DNA from: an uncultured Verrucomicrobiae bacterium
Lineage (GTDB): Bacteria > Verrucomicrobiota > Verrucomicrobiia > Chthoniobacterales > JAFAMB01
Assembly: GCA_963813025.1 (NCBI GenBank)
Contig: CAWEXO010000012.1
Span: 113,794 to 177,793 of the forward strand
Reading direction: 5' to 3'
DNA length: 64,000 nt
Positions within the stretch are counted from its first letter, which is position 1. Every line of letters starts with the position of its first letter. Shown here in pieces: positions 61,120 through 64,000 of this stretch. The position numbers and the translations under genes are program-made. The notes below the pieces were generated by a model that did no database searches, was not told the DNA's origin, and worked only from the letters and a program-made list of their open reading frames with translations.

Positions 61120-61585
61120 AACCCTGGCCAAGCGGCTCGATTGGACGTTCCTTGACGCCGATGATTTTCATCCCGCAGCAAACGTCGAGAAGATGACAAG
61201 TGGAGTCCCCTTAAACGACGAGGACCGGAGGCCTTGGCTTTATCGTCTGCATGATGAGCTACAGTACCTACTCGGGTCAGGTGCTTCTGTGGTGCTCGGC
61301 TGTTCGGCCCTTGAGGAATCGTACCGGCAAATTATGCAGGAAGATTTGTCGCGCATCGACTTTGTCTTCCTTGACGTTGATCAGCTTACGTTGACGGAAC
61401 GATTAGGAAAAAGAGAGGCCCACTTTTTTCCCAAGGGATTGCTCGAGAGCCAATTCGCTGCCTTGGAGAGACCGCAAAACGCGATCATCGTTGATGCCAG
61501 CCGTTCCATCGAAGAGGTAATCGAGCAAATCGTTGCAGCCTTGGATGAAAGCGCCATTAAAGAGATCGGCGCAAAGCCAGTGTAA
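61120..61585 (+). pseudogene. gntK: Gluconokinase lacking the N-terminal P-loop
   Basis: FLDADDFHPAANVEKM…PLNDEDRRPWL…GCSAL…SQFAALERP; no GxxGxGKS upstream. Confidence 0.8.
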
Positions 61586-61649
61586 GCTAAATCTAACTAC
61601 ATCGCAGAGAAGAAATGCGGATTTCCCACATCAACCCTCCCGTCCCTTT

Positions 61650-63600
61650 ATGAAAAATCCCCCATGGCATCAACATATATCATGCATGACTAAGTCCGCG
61701 CTGTTGAGCGGGCTGTAAGTGGGCACGGGGACCCTGGTCGCCTCCCCAAGCACAAATCCGATTCAATCGTTCTCGGCGAGCCCTGGCACCATCACGGCTG
61801 GGCAAACTACCACGCTCTCGTGGGTAGTTGAGGGAACGAAGGACGTAACGCTGAGCAGTGTATCCGCCACTCCTGCCTCGTCGGCCGTAGTCGGGCCTAC
61901 CCACACCACGACCTACACTCTCACCGCGGCGACGGGGTGGGGCAAAAGCGTATCGCAAGAGGTGACCGTCAATGTTGCGGCAGACCCATCGATCGCGACT
62001 GCGGTGATTGATCCGACGCAACCCGGCAATGCCGTCGCGCCGGGCTACCTCGGCTTTTCCCATGAGTGGGGCCAAGGCCAACTGCTGATGGGCGATCCCG
62101 CCATCGGAACTAATCCGATTTACCGCCAACTCCTGGAGAACCTAATGGCATACGGTGGCGGACCGATATCGATCCGCGTCGGCGGCAATACCACCGATAC
62201 CACGGCGCTGCCCGATGCAAATACGGTGAGGCCATTTGCGCAACTCTTCGAGGACCTATCCTCGCCCACGTGTGACGGAGCAGGCCCTTGGAGAAACGAT
62301 TTTTGGCGCGATAACGCTCAACGACATGCCCGTAAAGATGGGGTGTTCTTTTACCTCGGAGTGAACCTGGGATCAGACGTCGTTGCACTGGCAACCAGCC
62401 AGGCACAAGTGCTTGTGCAGAATATGCCCAAAGGATCTATCCGGGCCATTGAGATCGGGAACGAACCCGATTTCTACCCCACAGTAAGCCACCATCGGCC
62501 AAGCACTTATGACTACGCGGATTATGCGCTGGATTTCCTAACTTGGGGCAAGAGCATCTTTGCCGCCGTTCCCGATAGCCCACTGCTGATGGGCCCTTCG
62601 GCGCAGTATTTCCTGCGCTGCCTTTATCGAGCAATGGAATTACGATCACAACTACCTACCTCACTCTAGCCAACATGGTTTCCTTCGTGCAGCAAGAGGG
62701 TGCCTCACTGGACGTGGTTAGCCAGCATCACTACACAACCTTCGGCAGCAATGTGGGTGGAAACCCCCAGCCGGGGATACTGTTGGAGCCCGCTTCGACG
62801 ACAGCTAACCCCGCAGTTGCAGCGCAGTACGCAGCCATCGCAAAACAGGCAGGCAAGCCATATCGAATCGCAGAAATAAATTCAATCGCGGGCTCAGGCC
62901 AGGCCGGCATCACTAACGCGTTCGAAGAGACGCTCTGGTCCGCGGACGTCATGTTCGAATATGTCAAGATCGGCGCGTCTGGAGTCAACTTCCACAGCAA
63001 TGACTGGAACAGCTTCAATCAATGGGACGCCTACGCTGCGTTTCACTTCTACGTGCCTGAAGCTCAATTTACCGCAGCTTATTCTCACTATTCAGCGGCA
63101 GATGGCGTTCCGGCTCCGGCCCCCGTGCCACCTCCGCCCGGCAACCAATTCACCAGCCAATATGAAGTGCGAGAAATCCAATCGTTGTATTACGGCATGC
63201 TGTTTTTCGCCCAGGCAACGGCTCACCAGGGACGACTGCTGCCGGTTACGCTGAATACCTCCGCGAATCTGAAGGCTTGGGCTACGCTGGATATGACTAA
63301 TGGCGACGTCAATATTGCAATCATCAATAAGGACAAAGCGCCTCCGGGTCGGTTGAGTTGACGGTTCCTGGCTACAAACGGGGTTTGGTCAAGCGTCTGC
63401 TCGCACCGTCCTTCAGCGCCATAAGCGGGATCAGGATCGGCGGCCAGACCTTTGACGGGAGTCAGGACGGCAAGCCAGTCGGTACCCGCTATGGGGAGTT
63501 CATCCGTTCGCAGAACGGGACCTTCGAGGTTTCGGTTGGGCCGACAAGCGCCTTTCTATTGACGTTGAAGAAACGGGATCGCGACCCGGATGACGATTGA
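61650..63600 (+). pseudogene. GH79-like glycoside hydrolase with Ig-like N-terminal module, split by one stop and two frameshifts
   Basis: IRVGGNTTD, IEIGNEPD (acid/base), RIAEINS (nucleophile), GVNFH, YYGMLFF, IINKD; breaks at about 61716, 62610 and 63340. Confidence 0.8.
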
Positions 63601-63746
63601 AGTCCTCCCTGGACCAGACCACCAAGCCCTACCCGAGACAACGATCCGAATCCCTGTGAAAATGCCTGAGGATAGTGACCGCCGGGACGAAGAGATCGCG
63701 AGGGCTCAAGAAAAACTCACTCGATGCCTGCAGCGCTCGGAGCCGG

Positions 63747-64000
63747 TGGTTTCATTGTGCCTGGGTGCGCAGGAGGCGCTCAAAAAGCAGGGCCTGGAAG
63801 CGCGAGTGATTAGCATGCCCTCATGGAAACTGTTCGAGGACCAGGACGAGGCGTATCGCGAGTCGGTGCTACCATCGCGCATCAGAGCGCGTGTCTCTGT
63901 GGAACTGGCTGCAAGATTCGGTTGGGAGCGTTATGTCGGAATCGATGGGGCGCGCGTCGGTATGAGAACCTGTGGAGAATCAGCGCCTCTGCAGAAGCTT
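63747..64000 (+). pseudogene. tkt: Transketolase C-terminal fragment running off the window
   Basis: ARVISMPSWKLFEDQDEAYRESVLP…RVSVE…GWERYVG; no N-terminal domains upstream. Confidence 0.8.

Overview
Bacterial window, probably from a soil Verrucomicrobia/Chthoniobacterales-type genome; this is inferred from gene style and the addAB-glnE-asmA-rsmD-waaA block, not proven. Layout: (1) 1-10.4 kb, sugar catabolism: the end of an araGH transporter, a deletion scar of kinase, SorC-regulator, transketolase and ABC fragments, a nucleoside hydrolase, and an intact FucI-family isomerase + DUF2291 + ABC importer operon whose binding protein looks like the D-apiose-binding type. (2) About 10.4-35.6 kb, an accessory region on the 3' side of tRNA-Lys(CTT), full of pseudogenes, IS relics (IS630 inside IS3, IS66, IS256) and phage-like remnants. 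It contains one intact, unusual two-gene operon: a small ELP-repeat/coiled-coil protein followed by a 944-aa PRTase-AMMECR1-AMMECR1-alpha/alpha-toroid fusion, a candidate new peptide- or nucleotide-modification system. (3) 35.8-42 kb, NUDIX, TA modules and a 632-bp internally deleted IS110 element that keeps a readable bridge RNA whose guides match its own donor junction and its REP target. (4) 42-57.6 kb, core genes (mdh, addA, addB, glnE, asmA-like, rsmD, waaA) separated by short tandem repeats and a long inverted repeat holding an IS256 relic. (5) tRNA-Glu(TTC) followed by a second accessory stretch (nuclease-like ORF, HNH/gntK junction, fragmented GH79, tkt fragment). No CRISPR array or rRNA was seen. 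Family calls come from motif recognition only; no database searches were run.
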